Origin: Rhodosorus marinus CCMP1338
Taxonomy: Eukaryota > Plantae > Rhodophyta
Direction: 5' to 3'
DNA: 64,000 nt
Assembly (NCBI GenBank): GCA_029953675.1
Contig: JAMWBK010000005.1
Span: 1,612,001-1,676,000, forward strand
Below, in pieces: positions 62,234-64,000 of the stretch (positions within the stretch are counted from its first letter, which is position 1; each line of letters starts with the position of its first letter). A model generated the notes under the pieces. That model was not told where the DNA came from. It made no database searches and saw only the letters and a list, made by a program, of their open reading frames with translations. Position numbers and translations under genes: made by a program.

Positions 62234-64000
62234 ATGGGCAAGCACATATTTACGATTCTTCCAAATGTGGATTACAATGAGCACACGAAACTTCCCCCGA
62301 CGAAGGAGTTCTGCAAACTGGTCCACGCGACCTTGAAGGCGATCGACGAGAGCACGGAGACCGTGTCCTTTATCACGTCGAGGAGGATTACTGCGGATCT
62401 TGCCGAGTATGTTTTGAACTGTGATGGGCATTACAAGCTTGATATCACGAGACACTCGACGCTGCGCACCGCTTTGGCTCGACCCGAGTTGTCGGTTGCG
62501 AGGGTGTGTGAGTTCGTCCTTTTCACTGGAGAGAATCCTCTTGAAGCGGATGACGACGCAGCTTGGCAGAAGTTCTGCATGAGAGCGGTATGTAATTTTG
62601 CACCCAACTTTAACCTTTTTGTGCTTGTGAAGCGCTACTAAACGATTCTTGGTGGGATTCCAGGTCAGTATGGGTAGCTCTAAAGCAACCCTTTACCAGC
62701 TGAAAGACGACCCATTCCGCTTCCCAGGGTTTGACAAGGAGGCTTTCTTAAAAAAATGGCAAGCTCCTTCAACACTGTATGTGGTACCCGGCGAGCAGGG
62801 AGTCGACTCTGTGATGCCCGCTCCCAGCACGATCAAGCGGCTCACGAAGACCATGGATCTCCTCTGTGAGGATGACGATGCAGTTGCAGTATTTGTGGGA
62901 GGAAAGAGCGGTGACGCCGTAGTCAGTGAAGCTATGTTGATGTGCGGTTATATGGAATCGACGCACCAAAGACCGAATAGGAATATTCCCGCCAGACTAG
63001 CAGTGATTACTAGGGGAAGGACGCTCGAGGTAGGTCCCAAATCTTTTCGTTCGATTGGTTTTTGGGTGCGTCATTTCCTCCGTGTCAGGGGGTCCCTAAC
63101 GAGACTATGCACAACAAACACCAGGAGAAAGCGGAGCTATCACAAGATTTTATTAGCACGGTTGGTCGAAACGCGAAGGAAACGTACCTCATCGTTAACG
63201 GCGATCAAGTCACAGAGATTAAGGAGATGGCGGCTCTCGCCCAATACGACCTGGTTGAAGAAGTGCGTACAATTCGTAGCCTTCTTTTTGCATCATAGAT
63301 TGAGAACAACAGTACCTAAACCTGTTTGAGCACCATGTTCATCAGGCCGACGAGGACGGGGAGGACGAGGACCCGCTTGAAGCTCTGCGCGCAAAGTATC
63401 CGACAGTTCAAGAGCCAGCCGAGGACGAGGCAAACCCGGCGGAGGTTTCGGAAGCTGCGGAAGCGACAGATGCTGCTGATGAAACTGGGGCTCCGGAGGC
63501 AATCGATGCTCTTGAGGTGGTTGTCGCCGCAGAAGTGTTGGACGCCCCAGATGTGCTGGACGCCCCAGATGTGCTGGACGCCCCAGATGTGCTGGACGCC
63601 CCAGATGTGCTGGACGCCCCAGATGTGCTGGACGCCCCAGATGTGCTGGACGCCCCAGATGTGCTGGACGCCCCAGATGTGCTGGACGCTCCAAAGGTGG
63701 TCGACGCACCAGAGGTCGTGGACGCACCAGAGGTCGTGGACGCACCAGAGGTCGTGGACGCACCAGAGGTCGTGGACGCTCCAGAGGTCGTGGACGCTCC
63801 AGAGGTCGTGGACGCTCCAGAGGTCGTGGACGCTCCAGAGGTCGTGGACGCTCCAGAGGCAGTGGACGCTCCAGAGGTCGTGGACGCTCCAGAGGCAGTG
63901 GACGCTCCAGAGGTCGTGGATGGTCCAGAGGTGGTGGATGGTCCAGAGGTGGTGGACACTCCAGAGGAGGCTGGCGCTCCAGAGGCGGACGATGCCCTTG
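62234..64000 (+). CDS. uncharacterised multi-exon protein with acidic hexapeptide repeats (runs off the right edge)
   Basis: ORFs 62234, 62649 and 63062 join by GT-AG introns. The last intron (63263-63312) is phase 0 into an open frame YLNLFEHH...(DAPDVL)n(DAPEVV)n that reaches the window end without a stop. Confidence 0.7.
63532..63963 (+). repeat. 18 bp coding minisatellite, about 24 units in two sub-blocks
   Basis: gatgtgctggacgcccca repeated, then gaggtcgtggacgc(a/t)cca repeated. Confidence 0.95.

Noticed and set aside
63293-63959. Minus-strand ORFs encoding (STTSGA)n and (RPAHLG)n
   Set aside because: Shadows of the 18 bp repeat. The + frame splices in phase to the upstream gene and stays open to the edge.

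Overview
Gene-dense eukaryotic nuclear DNA with many short GT-AG introns. Nuclear-encoded plastid proteins with MAFV-type transit peptides suggest a red-lineage alga, probably a unicellular rhodophyte (inference). Recognisable genes, left to right: TFIIH p52/TFB2 (cut by the left edge), an FCS/PHD/CW chromatin-reader-like protein, an FHA plus forkhead-like protein, BUD32, a CCB2/CCB4-family protein, VPS28, plastid PGK, homogentisate solanesyltransferase, an unknown Ala/Lys/Pro-rich protein, an AlkA-type glycosylase, a WNK-like (pseudo)kinase-ankyrin fusion, URM1, a ~16 kb DNA-PKcs gene, PCID2/THP1, mitochondrial L7/L12, a FAM210/DUF1279-like protein, and a hexapeptide-repeat protein (cut by the right edge). 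The most unusual element is a convergent, intronless gene pair at 52316-53603. Both proteins share an N-terminal AFxxGYRxGVxE module, and one is fused to a bacterial-toxin-like HNH nuclease domain. Exon boundaries were read by eye and multi-exon CDS are given as outer spans. No database searches were run.
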